From a virus (taxonomy: Duplodnaviria > Caudoviricetes): 64,000 nucleotides of DNA. The notes beneath the pieces are model-generated. The model searched no databases and had not been told where the DNA came from. It was given only the letters and a program-made list of their open reading frames with translations. Within the stretch, counting starts at the first letter, position 1. Every line of letters begins with the position of its first letter. The stretch lies in the IMG/VR virus record IMGVR_UViG_3300037477_000009, positions 1 through 64,000 of that record, one strand, 5' to 3'. The translations under genes were made by a program, and so were the position numbers. This document shows, one piece after another, positions 1 to 9,382 of the stretch.

Positions 1-527
1 AACAGGTTTGTAAACCTGCCTCCCATGAATTCTGCTTCACCTGCTTCCCTCATAGTTTCTACCAGGCTGAAGTCATCTGTCATCTCACCATGCACAGTGA
101 CCATGCTGCTGCCTGTTTTCTTTACCTCATAAATCTTTGTTGATATTCCGATCTCATCTTCAAAAGTGATATAGACAATGTCCAGTGGTTTGGAATGCTC
201 CTTCATGTACCGGATCGCTTCACTGTTTTCTGACAGATCATCCAGCTTGGTCTTATCGACCTTCTTCAATATGTCAGATTCATTGGTATGCCATATCGTT
301 GCTTCTGAACTGAACGACAGGCACAGCAGTTCCTTGAACATTTTATCACACACCATTTTTAGTGCCTGGATCGGCAGACCTGGTTGTTCAACGAACACTG
401 GCACGACAATGATCCCGTAGTCACCACTGTCATCTACACTCCCGAACAAGTGGATCGCTGGATTCAGATGCCCTGTCGCTTTCATCATCGCTGGTATACC
501 ACCCAAGTGCGTTTCCTTAAACTGCAT
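1..527 (-). CDS. Hypothetical protein, partial (runs off the left edge)
   Basis: My translation of the minus strand from the ATG at 527 (MQFKETHLGGIPAMMKATGHLNPAIHLFG...) is open to base 1. The ORF track missed it because it has no stop. Confidence 0.55.
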   Translation of the reverse strand, partial: MQFKETHLGGIPAMMKATGHLNPAIHLFGSVDDSGDYGIIVVPVFVEQPGLPIQALKMVCDKMFKELLCLSFSSEATIWHTNESDILKKVDKTKLDDLSENSEAIRYMKEHSKPLDIVYITFEDEIGISTKIYEVKKTGSSMVTVHGEMTDDFSLVETMREAGEAEFMGGRFTNL

Positions 528-783
528 TATCGCTGCCCGATCCCTGATGTGCATTGATTGTAAATTTTTTCTTGTGATTAAATGTACCAGCTATGACCTT
601 CTCCATCTCCCACCACTGGATAACATAATATGCATATGCTCTGAGCCAGTCACGACCAAAAAACCTGAACTCTTTTTTATCTTCACTCACTGCTCTGTTA
701 TATTCAGCAATGAACTCTACCACCTGGTCGTGCGTGTAATGAACTTTTTCTTCGTGTTTCATAACGCATACCTCCTGTACCAC
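517..783 (-). CDS. Hypothetical protein (88 aa)
   Basis: ORF co-oriented with neighbours and overlapping the next gene; no motif recognised. Confidence 0.55.
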   Translation of the reverse strand: MVQEVCVMKHEEKVHYTHDQVVEFIAEYNRAVSEDKKEFRFFGRDWLRAYAYYVIQWWEMEKVIAGTFNHKKKFTINAHQGSGSDNAV

Positions 784-832
784 AAAATTAATTATTTTCT
801 ATAGCATAGAAAAATATACAATTCTATGGATA

Positions 833-1501
833 TTATTTCTCAGGTAGCGATCTTACTGTTCCATTTATCATCCTCTTGTCCAGCATGATCTCGGCCATCG
901 ATCCCATCTTCCTGGCCGCAGTGAGTATTGCGCTGGCAAGTATCTCTGTATTGGAATGGAAGTGAACTTTTGTGCTGTGGCTTGGGTATTTCTTTGCATT
1001 ACAAAACTTGGGATCGTTCAGCACCAGGTATTTTCTACAGTGCAGTGGCCGCACCTCATAAATATTGCAAGTATTCTGATTACTGAGGAATACGCACCTA
1101 CTGACATCACTTAATGGGAGCGTCTGTTCATTGTACTGAAGTTGCTCTTCCAGCTTCTTTTCATTGTACTTGATGCCATGCTCTTTCGCATAGTCCATGA
1201 TCAGGTCTTTCTCCAGGTCTGTTACCTGCACCTCCAGGTGGCAACAGAAGGCACACCCTTTTCTGCAACTGATCTTGCGCTTCTGATCTTCTTCTATCTC
1301 ATCCTGGAATTCGTCAATAATTGTGAACGCATCAAGGAGTGCTTGCCTTTTATCATCTGCATTCAATGTTTCTTCAGCGTATTTTTTTACATGAGATACC
1401 GCCTTGCGTATACCCTCATCTCCAAGTGCCTCACGTTCTTCATCCAGTATTCGTGCCAGTGCATGGGTAAGTAGTACCTCTTCTAACTTCACTTCAATCA
1501 T
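833..1501 (-). CDS. YkgJ/UPF0153-family Zn/Fe-chelating (CxxCxxCC) protein
   Basis: SCRKGCAFCCHLEV, then CVFL...CNIYEVRPLHCRKY, the family's cysteine pattern. Confidence 0.8.
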   Translation of the reverse strand: MIEVKLEEVLLTHALARILDEEREALGDEGIRKAVSHVKKYAEETLNADDKRQALLDAFTIIDEFQDEIEEDQKRKISCRKGCAFCCHLEVQVTDLEKDLIMDYAKEHGIKYNEKKLEEQLQYNEQTLPLSDVSRCVFLSNQNTCNIYEVRPLHCRKYLVLNDPKFCNAKKYPSHSTKVHFHSNTEILASAILTAARKMGSMAEIMLDKRMINGTVRSLPEK

Positions 1502-1510
1502 GGGTGCAAT

Positions 1511-2089
1511 TTACAAACCTGATTTAAACTTTTGATACGCTGCTGGTAGTTTGATGTGATAATTATTTTTCTTGTAGCCTTTGCCATTGTATCCGAGTGC
1601 AAACTTTTCCCAATCTTTATTACGAAGGTGTACTGTGAGATGATTGCTATTGACGAAGTCCACAAATGCAAGTAGATGCATATCCTCACTTTCAAACATA
1701 GCAGAAACGAATTTATCCAATGATTCAAATCCTGCTGCTGCCCAATTAAAACCCATCACCTGGAACTTTCCATATGATGCAGATGCCAGTGCTGCATCCC
1801 GATCTATATCCATTGCACGTCTCAACCTGTCATGCTGCTTTGAATTTATGCCATATGGTTTTGCTCCCCACTTCTCGTACAATATATCTTCAGCACCAGT
1901 GATCTTTGTCGGATCAATGCCACGCTTCTTGAGTTCCCTCCAGAATACATGAGGCTCAAATAAAATTTTTACATCACCATTGGGAAGGAATCCATCACCG
2001 GAACTTTCCACTTCGGCTACTGCTTTGATCACCTCTGGCTCTACATCAAGTAAGAGCGCAGCATCATTGAACGCTTTCTGTGTAATCAT
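1511..2089 (-). CDS. Endolysin, N-acetylmuramidase (DUF3380/muraidase type)
   Basis: IKAVAEVES, KILFEPHVF, ASYGKFQVMGFNW and FALGYNG motifs. Confidence 0.9.
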   Translation of the reverse strand: MITQKAFNDAALLLDVEPEVIKAVAEVESSGDGFLPNGDVKILFEPHVFWRELKKRGIDPTKITGAEDILYEKWGAKPYGINSKQHDRLRRAMDIDRDAALASASYGKFQVMGFNWAAAGFESLDKFVSAMFESEDMHLLAFVDFVNSNHLTVHLRNKDWEKFALGYNGKGYKKNNYHIKLPAAYQKFKSGL

Positions 2090-2109
2090 TTAAAACGTAG
2101 CAACTCGTT

Positions 2110-2346
2110 TTAAAGTTGAACATATTCACTTCCATCATTAAGGAACATACCGATCACTTCTGTAAGTATGATCACCAGGATAATTATAAAACCATACACC
2201 TGGCTACAAACTATCTCTGGCGCAAACAGTGTCAGTGCCATTAACGATACTGGAAATACCAGCAGGTAGATCACAGACCTGATCGTTCTATACCACAATG
2301 GCGATGGTTTACCAATATTGGCTTCAGAGAATGTTGTTTTTGCCAT
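2110..2346 (-). CDS. Putative holin (2 TM)
   Basis: Two hydrophobic helices; immediately upstream of the endolysin. Confidence 0.55.
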   Translation of the reverse strand: MAKTTFSEANIGKPSPLWYRTIRSVIYLLVFPVSLMALTLFAPEIVCSQVYGFIIILVIILTEVIGMFLNDGSEYVQL

Positions 2347-2347
2347 A

Positions 2348-2746
2348 TCATTTTCTCTTTAGGGTATCTCGTAAAAAATCTTTGTTGTAGTCTTGTAGCA
2401 GCAGTGATGTATCAAGGATGTACCACCTGATCACCTGCACCTGCTGCTTGTTACTATCAAGGATCGGTTTCCTTGTTATGGTATCGAACAGGTTAATGAA
2501 CAACGGTACTTCATACACCTGTACTCGCTGAATTATATTCTTACTTGGATTAGTTGAGTCAGGCATCAATGAATCATACACGATCCTTCGTGCAGATGAT
2601 AGCCGCAGGTCATTGCGATTCCAATCAAGTGCATAGGCAACAGCAGTAAGAGTTGTATCACGTTGTTGAAGTTTACCTGTTCGTTTGTCAGATGTGCCTG
2701 CACAGGCCGACAGCAATAGTGCTGCGATTACAAATAGATGTTTCAT
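2348..2746 (-). CDS. Lipoprotein, spanin candidate
   Basis: MKHLFVIAALLLSAC lipobox; inside the lysis cassette. Confidence 0.55.
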   Translation of the reverse strand: MKHLFVIAALLLSACAGTSDKRTGKLQQRDTTLTAVAYALDWNRNDLRLSSARRIVYDSLMPDSTNPSKNIIQRVQVYEVPLFINLFDTITRKPILDSNKQQVQVIRWYILDTSLLLQDYNKDFLRDTLKRK

Positions 2747-2775
2747 GTTTTTTTTGATTTGGGTTAGTGAATATC

Positions 2776-3018
2776 TTATGGTGTATTTTCTTTTGATCCG
2801 AACTTAGCTTGGATGATTGCACCAAGACTTGTACCTACGATACCGACCATGATGAATAGCAGGTCAATCATCTTTAGCCTTACCTGCATCTGTTCGGGAG
2901 TTACAGTTACACTTCCTTTCGTAACCATACCAACAACAGCAACCAATACTGCTGCACACACGCAGACAGTAAGCACAAGTAGTATCACTATCACTTCTGT
3001 TATTTTTATATTTTTCAT
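2776..3018 (-). CDS. Small 2-TM membrane protein (holin/antiholin/i-spanin candidate)
   Basis: Start reassigned to the ATG at 3018 (MKNIKITEV); two hydrophobic segments. Confidence 0.5.
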   Translation of the reverse strand: MKNIKITEVIVILLVLTVCVCAAVLVAVVGMVTKGSVTVTPEQMQVRLKMIDLLFIMVGIVGTSLGAIIQAKFGSKENTP

Positions 3019-3028
3019 ACTCGTAATT

Positions 3029-3499
3029 TTAATTATCAACAGCCATTCGTTTTCCCCTGTTGCGGAAATTGTCAAATGGTGTTACGCTGTTCGGTGAATT
3101 GAGTGGTGTGATGAATGGTATCAGTCTTGGCTTGCTTTGGAATTCATTTCTTATTGCGATGAATCTTGGCGCAACTTCATTGGCAGGTGCGGATACAACA
3201 AGGCTGTACATATTTGCTGCGATCCGTACACGAATAGAATCAATCGTGATTGGTGCTGCCCAATTCGGATTTGTTGGTGAAGGATTGGTCGCTTTTATTT
3301 TTGTTCTGATGCGCCTGTATTCATACGATGTTATACTATCAGGGAACACATCACCTGACTTACCCAAGATGTAGCACCAATCCTGTAACTGCAATTGAAT
3401 GTTGCGGATGAAGATCGTATCTATGTTCACAGGTGCAGGTAGCTGCGCCTTCACGCAGAATGGTAATGCTGTAATAAGTGCGATTAATATTTTTTTCAT
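3029..3499 (-). CDS. Hypothetical protein with Sec signal peptide
   Basis: Start at 3499: MKKILIALITALPFCVKA-Q. Confidence 0.6.
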   Translation of the reverse strand: MKKILIALITALPFCVKAQLPAPVNIDTIFIRNIQLQLQDWCYILGKSGDVFPDSITSYEYRRIRTKIKATNPSPTNPNWAAPITIDSIRVRIAANMYSLVVSAPANEVAPRFIAIRNEFQSKPRLIPFITPLNSPNSVTPFDNFRNRGKRMAVDN

Positions 3500-3510
3500 G
3501 CTTTTATAAT

Positions 3511-6500
3511 TTAATACCCTGTTACATACCAATAAGTTGCTCCTGCCCAAAACGTCAATGATTGACCGGCATTTACTGTCACGTTCGTTACTACACCTGT
3601 GTTATAAATGTTATCAGTTCCCGTTCTCTGAACAGTTAAAATTTGTGAACCACTTGCATTCTTGCACTCGTATCTTTTTCCTTGATTGGTTGCCAAGTCA
3701 GGCAAATTGAATACTCCTGTTCCTGTACCGTTGTTATAAACATATGCGCCACTCAAACTTAGTGTTGTAGGCGTTACGTTTATTTCAGCAACACTTCCTG
3801 CACCCACCCCACCACCAAGTGTTGATGACTCCCTGTACTCTACTGTTTTTGCGCTGCTGTTCCACACTAATACTTTTGTTTCAGCATCATCATGCGAGAC
3901 AGTTGCAATCCTTATTCCTGCTGCGCTGATTTCAAATTGTTGTGTGCCGCAATAGAACCGATGATAGCCATCTATGAATGTTATATAGTCAATTGAAGCA
4001 TCCACAGAGATACCAAGACCTACCTTATTTGCTCCGGTCTGATATAAGACCAATTTCGGATTTGCACCTGCTGTGCTTGAAAATGAACTACCCATGTTTA
4101 ATTCAACGGGTGTAGCTGTTGGCAGGTCTGTGACTGTTCCAAGTTGTATATTAATGCCTGTTGTTTTATTAAGCGTAATCGCACCTGATGCAAATGTGAA
4201 TTGAGATGATGCACCAAATGCGCTTGCGTTATTGTATTGAACTTCTGTATTACTTCCGGTAGGTGTGCCTGTTGCAGTCAGGTCATAATCTACACCCAAT
4301 TTATTTTTGAAGTGTAGTTTGCTATCACTACTACTTACATAATAAAATCCTCTGCCGCTTGGTGGAGTGGTTACAGAAGAAACTTCAGCAAGGTCACCAT
4401 AGAGTGCCGATACTGCACCTGATATCGTAAGCACACTACCTGACCAAAATAAATTTGCATCTCCTTTTACCGTATTGCTGTTTGTCCATATCGCAAGTTG
4501 ATTCGCAACAGGTGTGCCTGAAATATTTACACCACCTGTGCTTGCTACAGTTACCGTTACCTTATTGCTTGCTCTTGTAGCTATAACACCTGTACCAACA
4601 AAATCAATTTCATCTACAGCACCTGCTGCTCCGAGTGCTGAACCTTCATCTCTGAACAGTATTCCTGAATTTTTATTACTAAACATTGTCCAATCAGCAG
4701 ACGTTAGAAACCCCTTCAGTGTTCCGCTTGCTGCTTGTGCGCTTGCGTAAGCAATAGAAATAACACTGGCTGCTAAACTAAAATCAGTTGAATTAAAAGT
4801 ATTGAACTGAAGATTGACACCACTTTTTGTGTTGAAGTTTGCAAGACCGCCACCTACATTGGATGCAGTGTTCGCTTCACCTAATGTGCTTGGTGTAGTC
4901 CATGATGGATTGGCTGATGTACCATTGCTTGTGAGTAGCTGACCATTTGTGCCGTATGGTAGTTCCTGCACATCTCCATTCAGATCGCTAATGAATAATC
5001 TATATGGAGTCTGTGTTAAGAACTGAGTCATGTTTGTGTAACCACCGCTTCCACCACCTGTGAGTGATGAAGCAGATCGCCATTCAAAAAGTTTATCAGT
5101 TGAATTCCATGTAACGATTTTTGCTTCAGCATCATCCTGATTAAGTAGCTGCGCCTTTATTTCTCCCGTAGAAAGCACTCTGAATTTCTCAGCATATGCA
5201 GCACCATTCTGCATTAGTTTAATAACGTAATCACCATCTGCGCTCGCTGCTGATACATCGCTGTACTCCACACCTGTCATTCCTGCAAGTAGAAACGCAG
5301 CAGCATTTGTATTCCATAATTCATATTCTACTCCTGTTCCAAAACCTGCTGCGACAGCCTGAAATGTTTCATGCTGTAGTTTAAGAAGCGGAATGTATTG
5401 GTTTATCGAACCTGACCTTTCATATAACACCAATCTTCTTGTTGGTGTAAGTGTGCTATATGTCCATGCACCCATTTGCACATAACCATTTACTCCGTTT
5501 ACTACTATCATTGGAAGGCCACCTGCACCAACACCACCACCATGAATTAATGCATAGTCAGGTGTACCATCACCACCATTCCCGACTGCACCTGTGTAAT
5601 CACTTAATCCTGTTGCAAATTGCCTAACACCTCCGCTTGCGTAGGATAATAACTGAGGCTGCGTTCCATCAATTTGAACTACTGTACCGAGATAAAAATT
5701 ACCCAAGAAGGAAGCAGTAATGCCTGCATTCGCATTCACTTCAAACCTTCCATTCACTCTTAATAAATCGTTATCAAATTCCCCATACAAAATCGGAACA
5801 CCACCTGCATTGTCTACATATAAACGATTACTTCCTGTTTCGTTGTACCCCGTTTGATTGCCGATAAAAACATTATTACTGCCTGTGGCATACGATCCTG
5901 CACCTGCACCGACATAAACATTATTATTAATATTAACACCATTTAAACTTGATGTACTTGCAACAGAATAACCAATCATAATATTATTGCTCGCTTGTGT
6001 CATATATGTTCCTGCACCTGCACCAATCAAAATATTTCCTGCCGGAGAACCTGTGCTAAGTTGATACCCTGCATAACCACCAATCGCAATGTTGCTTGTT
6101 CCGTTACTAATGCTTGAAAGTGACAATGAACCAATGCCTATATTTGAATTATTAACTAAAGTTGAATTCTGCATTGATTGCACCCCAATAGCGATGTTAT
6201 CATCACCACTTCCCCCACCAAGTCCTCTGTTTGTGACAGAACCAATTGCAATGTTGTTATTGCCTGCAACATTGCCGTTAGCTAAGTATCCTATAGCAAC
6301 ATTGTTATTTTGAGTAGTAATATTATTAGCCGCTTGCTTACCGATAGCTATATTTTGTATCCCTGTGGTTATATTCGGCATTGCGCCATTACCTGCCCTG
6401 AAACTACTGTTATCACCACCTACTCCAGCTATACTCTCAAGTCCACCTGTAAATATTTTATTCCCTGCGAATGATTGTGCTGTAGTTGTTACCACACCAC

Positions 6501-7143
6501 CAAAAGAAGTGCTTGCAGGTTGAAGATTCAATACACCACCTGTGAGTGTCGCTGCATTTGCATTCGGAGTAGAACCGATTGGTGCAAGTGATATTGTTGG
6601 TGGTATATCCGACACCAACGCAATCGTTCCTGATTGATTCGGTAACCTGATATCTCTATATGCCGTTAAAGTGTTCGGTGATAGGTCTATCCAAAATGCA
6701 CCATTAGTTCTATTATATAAACTTAATGTTCCTTTACCTGAATTATCAAACAATGAACCATTGAAACTGCGAAGCTGAAATCCATCTGCTGTTATTGTAT
6801 GGTCAGTTATATCTCCAACATCAGTCACTATCTGAAGGCTTGGTGGAGTAGGTATGTCTGCGGTAGCAGCAATTTTTATCCACGCAGTAGCTGCATCATT
6901 GCGGATATACAATGCACTTTCATTCTTCACAAATATTATTGAACCGCCTCTTGTTCGGGCATACTGACCAGGTACATTAGCAGCAGCAAGTGTTGCATAT
7001 GGTGTAACGAACAATGCTGTGTCACTACCTAACGCACCAAGCACTTTTACTTCATTCGCCTTTGTACCGAGTGGTTGTATTGGTCGTTGCGAAAAGCAAA
7101 TCGTTGAGGCCAGTAATGATAGTATGGTTAATATTTTTTTCAT
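3511..7143 (-). CDS. Tail-fibre/adhesin-like protein with NxAIG (YadA-head-like) repeats and an N-terminal signal peptide
   Basis: G/A/S/T/N-rich sequence; tandem NIAIG/NVAIG/NIGIG repeats at about 5830-6400; start at 7143 MKKILTILSLLASTICFS-Q. Confidence 0.7.
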   Translation of the reverse strand: MKKILTILSLLASTICFSQRPIQPLGTKANEVKVLGALGSDTALFVTPYATLAAANVPGQYARTRGGSIIFVKNESALYIRNDAATAWIKIAATADIPTPPSLQIVTDVGDITDHTITADGFQLRSFNGSLFDNSGKGTLSLYNRTNGAFWIDLSPNTLTAYRDIRLPNQSGTIALVSDIPPTISLAPIGSTPNANAATLTGGVLNLQPASTSFGGVVTTTAQSFAGNKIFTGGLESIAGVGGDNSSFRAGNGAMPNITTGIQNIAIGKQAANNITTQNNNVAIGYLANGNVAGNNNIAIGSVTNRGLGGGSGDDNIAIGVQSMQNSTLVNNSNIGIGSLSLSSISNGTSNIAIGGYAGYQLSTGSPAGNILIGAGAGTYMTQASNNIMIGYSVASTSSLNGVNINNNVYVGAGAGSYATGSNNVFIGNQTGYNETGSNRLYVDNAGGVPILYGEFDNDLLRVNGRFEVNANAGITASFLGNFYLGTVVQIDGTQPQLLSYASGGVRQFATGLSDYTGAVGNGGDGTPDYALIHGGGVGAGGLPMIVVNGVNGYVQMGAWTYSTLTPTRRLVLYERSGSINQYIPLLKLQHETFQAVAAGFGTGVEYELWNTNAAAFLLAGMTGVEYSDVSAASADGDYVIKLMQNGAAYAEKFRVLSTGEIKAQLLNQDDAEAKIVTWNSTDKLFEWRSASSLTGGGSGGYTNMTQFLTQTPYRLFISDLNGDVQELPYGTNGQLLTSNGTSANPSWTTPSTLGEANTASNVGGGLANFNTKSGVNLQFNTFNSTDFSLAASVISIAYASAQAASGTLKGFLTSADWTMFSNKNSGILFRDEGSALGAAGAVDEIDFVGTGVIATRASNKVTVTVASTGGVNISGTPVANQLAIWTNSNTVKGDANLFWSGSVLTISGAVSALYGDLAEVSSVTTPPSGRGFYYVSSSDSKLHFKNKLGVDYDLTATGTPTGSNTEVQYNNASAFGASSQFTFASGAITLNKTTGINIQLGTVTDLPTATPVELNMGSSFSSTAGANPKLVLYQTGANKVGLGISVDASIDYITFIDGYHRFYCGTQQFEISAAGIRIATVSHDDAETKVLVWNSSAKTVEYRESSTLGGGVGAGSVAEINVTPTTLSLSGAYVYNNGTGTGVFNLPDLATNQGKRYECKNASGSQILTVQRTGTDNIYNTGVVTNVTVNAGQSLTFWAGATYWYVTGY

Positions 7144-8339
7144 AGTATCAATATTTGTACGAGCGATCCGTTTGTCCATGTCTGTCCAATGAGTGTGATT
7201 GTATCTGATGCAATCGGTTTAGAGAACATTACACCAAAACCATTATCCAGTTTGCTTTGAAGGATTGATCCAATAAATAATACGATGTTATGATCAACCA
7301 GTGCAGGTAATGTGAATGTGCTTTGTCCATCCACTGGTGCGCCACTGGTCACACCGACCATAAACTCTAACATCGTTGCAGATGCACCACCGCCACCGCC
7401 ACTGATGCCTCCGCAATCACCAGTTGCATATGGAAGGATCGGTACGTTCTTGTTCACATAGTCATTTACATATCCGTAGTAAATATTCAATAGCTGTTGA
7501 ATGAGATCGGTCAGCGCAGGTTCACCTGCTGTCTGATTTTTGCAGATGCGATCCCTGATATGTCGGTACAATGTAAATGCAAGTATGTAATCACATTGCT
7601 CATCACAGCAATCATCACCACATGGTTGCTTCTCATCTACTCTTACTTTTATCGCATCCACATACTTTAACAGATCGTCTGTAGATGGTGGAGTATTCGC
7701 CTGTGTATTGTGCGTGGTTGTGAAAGTATCCTTTACTGTGAGAAATAAATAACTTGAATGTGTATACAGCGCAATAGTGCTAAGACTGATTGAATATTTT
7801 GCATCGTAGTATACACCACCGATACCAAGATCAAATGATACGGCTGTACCTGTCTTTGTTTGAGGTGGCGCACCTATCTGTGCGATCCATGATCTCTGCA
7901 AATTTGGTAGACCAAATCCACCGACTGCATAGTCAGTGATGTCTGTTACCTGGAGTTGTGGAGTGAATACATCAAACTGTTCTTTGATGATATGCTCTGG
8001 CCTGGTATATGCTAATTGAAAAATTTGTGTTTTCTTGGAAATCTGAACACCATCAGATATTTCATACACTACAATATACTGGCCTTGCTGCGGTTTACCT
8101 TGTGCTGTTCTGCGTAATTCTTTTGCTGCTTTCGTTAGATCAGAGACTCCATCCCACACAATATCCGGAAATGCAAAATTTCCTTCAACAGTTATGCCAT
8201 CTGGCTGCGTGATCTTTACAATACCCTTAAGTGTTTGCTCTACACCAGGAGCATAACTGCCCGTATCAGTAAGGATGATTTTATCCTGCGTGAAATCGAG
8301 CAGCACATCGAAGTCCATATTACTTGTCAGGTCAGCCAT
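7140..8339 (-). CDS. Putative virion structural protein (399 aa)
   Basis: Long beta-rich ORF between the capsid genes and the fibre; 4-bp overlap with the fibre gene. Confidence 0.55.
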   Translation of the reverse strand: MADLTSNMDFDVLLDFTQDKIILTDTGSYAPGVEQTLKGIVKITQPDGITVEGNFAFPDIVWDGVSDLTKAAKELRRTAQGKPQQGQYIVVYEISDGVQISKKTQIFQLAYTRPEHIIKEQFDVFTPQLQVTDITDYAVGGFGLPNLQRSWIAQIGAPPQTKTGTAVSFDLGIGGVYYDAKYSISLSTIALYTHSSYLFLTVKDTFTTTHNTQANTPPSTDDLLKYVDAIKVRVDEKQPCGDDCCDEQCDYILAFTLYRHIRDRICKNQTAGEPALTDLIQQLLNIYYGYVNDYVNKNVPILPYATGDCGGISGGGGGASATMLEFMVGVTSGAPVDGQSTFTLPALVDHNIVLFIGSILQSKLDNGFGVMFSKPIASDTITLIGQTWTNGSLVQILIL

Positions 8340-8356
8340 TAAAATTTTTTAAAGAA

Positions 8357-8382
8357 AGCCTGAATCAAGATTGATCCAGGCT
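8357..8382 (-). terminator. Intrinsic terminator candidate
   Basis: Minus-strand hairpin AGCCTGGATCA-ATCT-TGATTCAGGCT followed by TTCTTT. Confidence 0.55.
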
Positions 8383-8423
8383 ACATATACCCTGATCAAA
8401 AAAAACTATGTTGTTCACCCGAA

Positions 8424-9314
8424 TTATTTTTTCACTTTCAGTTGCTCTGTCTCCAAAACTTCCGCACCATTTTCCTTTCCAGCAACTGATCGCTTGATTG
8501 CATCAAGCACCTTCTCACCATTCTTCGCTGTCTTGATCCAGTCTGCCATCTGTGTCAGCCAATTCATTCCTTCCACTCTGGCGAATGTTGCAACTGTTTC
8601 GCCATTCAGTATTACTTTATTTTGTCGCTGATCATACACGATTGCACCTGAGTCCTTCGCTCTCTTGATGTATGCTTTCAACTCAACATCTTTATTGCTG
8701 ATCATCTTGTTGAATGCAACCGGATCACGTCTGGCCAGGTCTTTGGCCATGTTGCGAAGAATGTCTGCATCTTCTTTTTCATTCCAGGACATTGAAGCAG
8801 CGAATGTTTTTAAATCCTGGCTGTTCATATCACGCACAAAATTCAATGCCTCCAATTCGATATCGAATTTCTTCAACTCCTTCTTCGCATCACCTGGTGC
8901 ATCCACCAATTCAAACAATGCTTCAATAGATGTATCTCTGTTTAGATTGGATCGATTGAAATTGCAAAGAGAGAAGTACCAGTGGTAATACTGATCCTTT
9001 ATACTGTCACCTGATAAAAGAAAGAATCCATCGTTTTCCATTCCACGCACCCAAAAAGTATCAATGGATGGATTGTTATCACGATCCACACTATTCACTA
9101 CACCGATACCAACGATGTCATTTGTTTTTGGATTGATGATTCTGTCAAGTGTAGGAATCTTAATTGCTTTTGGCCATACTTTTCTATTTGGTTTTGTGGG
9201 ATCAGTGTTATCGACAGAATAATTGATCAGGCGATAAAGAACAGTAGTACCTTTTTTGATTGGCTCTACCTTCATATCATCGGGTAGATTATTCCAAGTA
9301 CCTACTTTTTTCAT
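8424..9314 (-). CDS. Hypothetical protein directly downstream of the major capsid gene
   Basis: 296-aa ORF; its position matches head-associated genes of crAss-like layouts (inference). Confidence 0.6.
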   Translation of the reverse strand: MKKVGTWNNLPDDMKVEPIKKGTTVLYRLINYSVDNTDPTKPNRKVWPKAIKIPTLDRIINPKTNDIVGIGVVNSVDRDNNPSIDTFWVRGMENDGFFLLSGDSIKDQYYHWYFSLCNFNRSNLNRDTSIEALFELVDAPGDAKKELKKFDIELEALNFVRDMNSQDLKTFAASMSWNEKEDADILRNMAKDLARRDPVAFNKMISNKDVELKAYIKRAKDSGAIVYDQRQNKVILNGETVATFARVEGMNWLTQMADWIKTAKNGEKVLDAIKRSVAGKENGAEVLETEQLKVKK

Positions 9315-9344
9315 ATGTTGTTTTTTTTTGATTACAGAGTATAA

Positions 9345-9370
9345 ACAAGGGAGGCTTTCACCTCCCTTGT
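9345..9370 (-). terminator. Hairpin/terminator after the major capsid gene
   Basis: Minus strand ACAAGGGAGGT-GAAA-GCCTCCCTTGT, 11 bp with a GNRA loop, followed by a weak U tract. Confidence 0.65.
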
Positions 9371-9382
9371 GATAGGTATATA

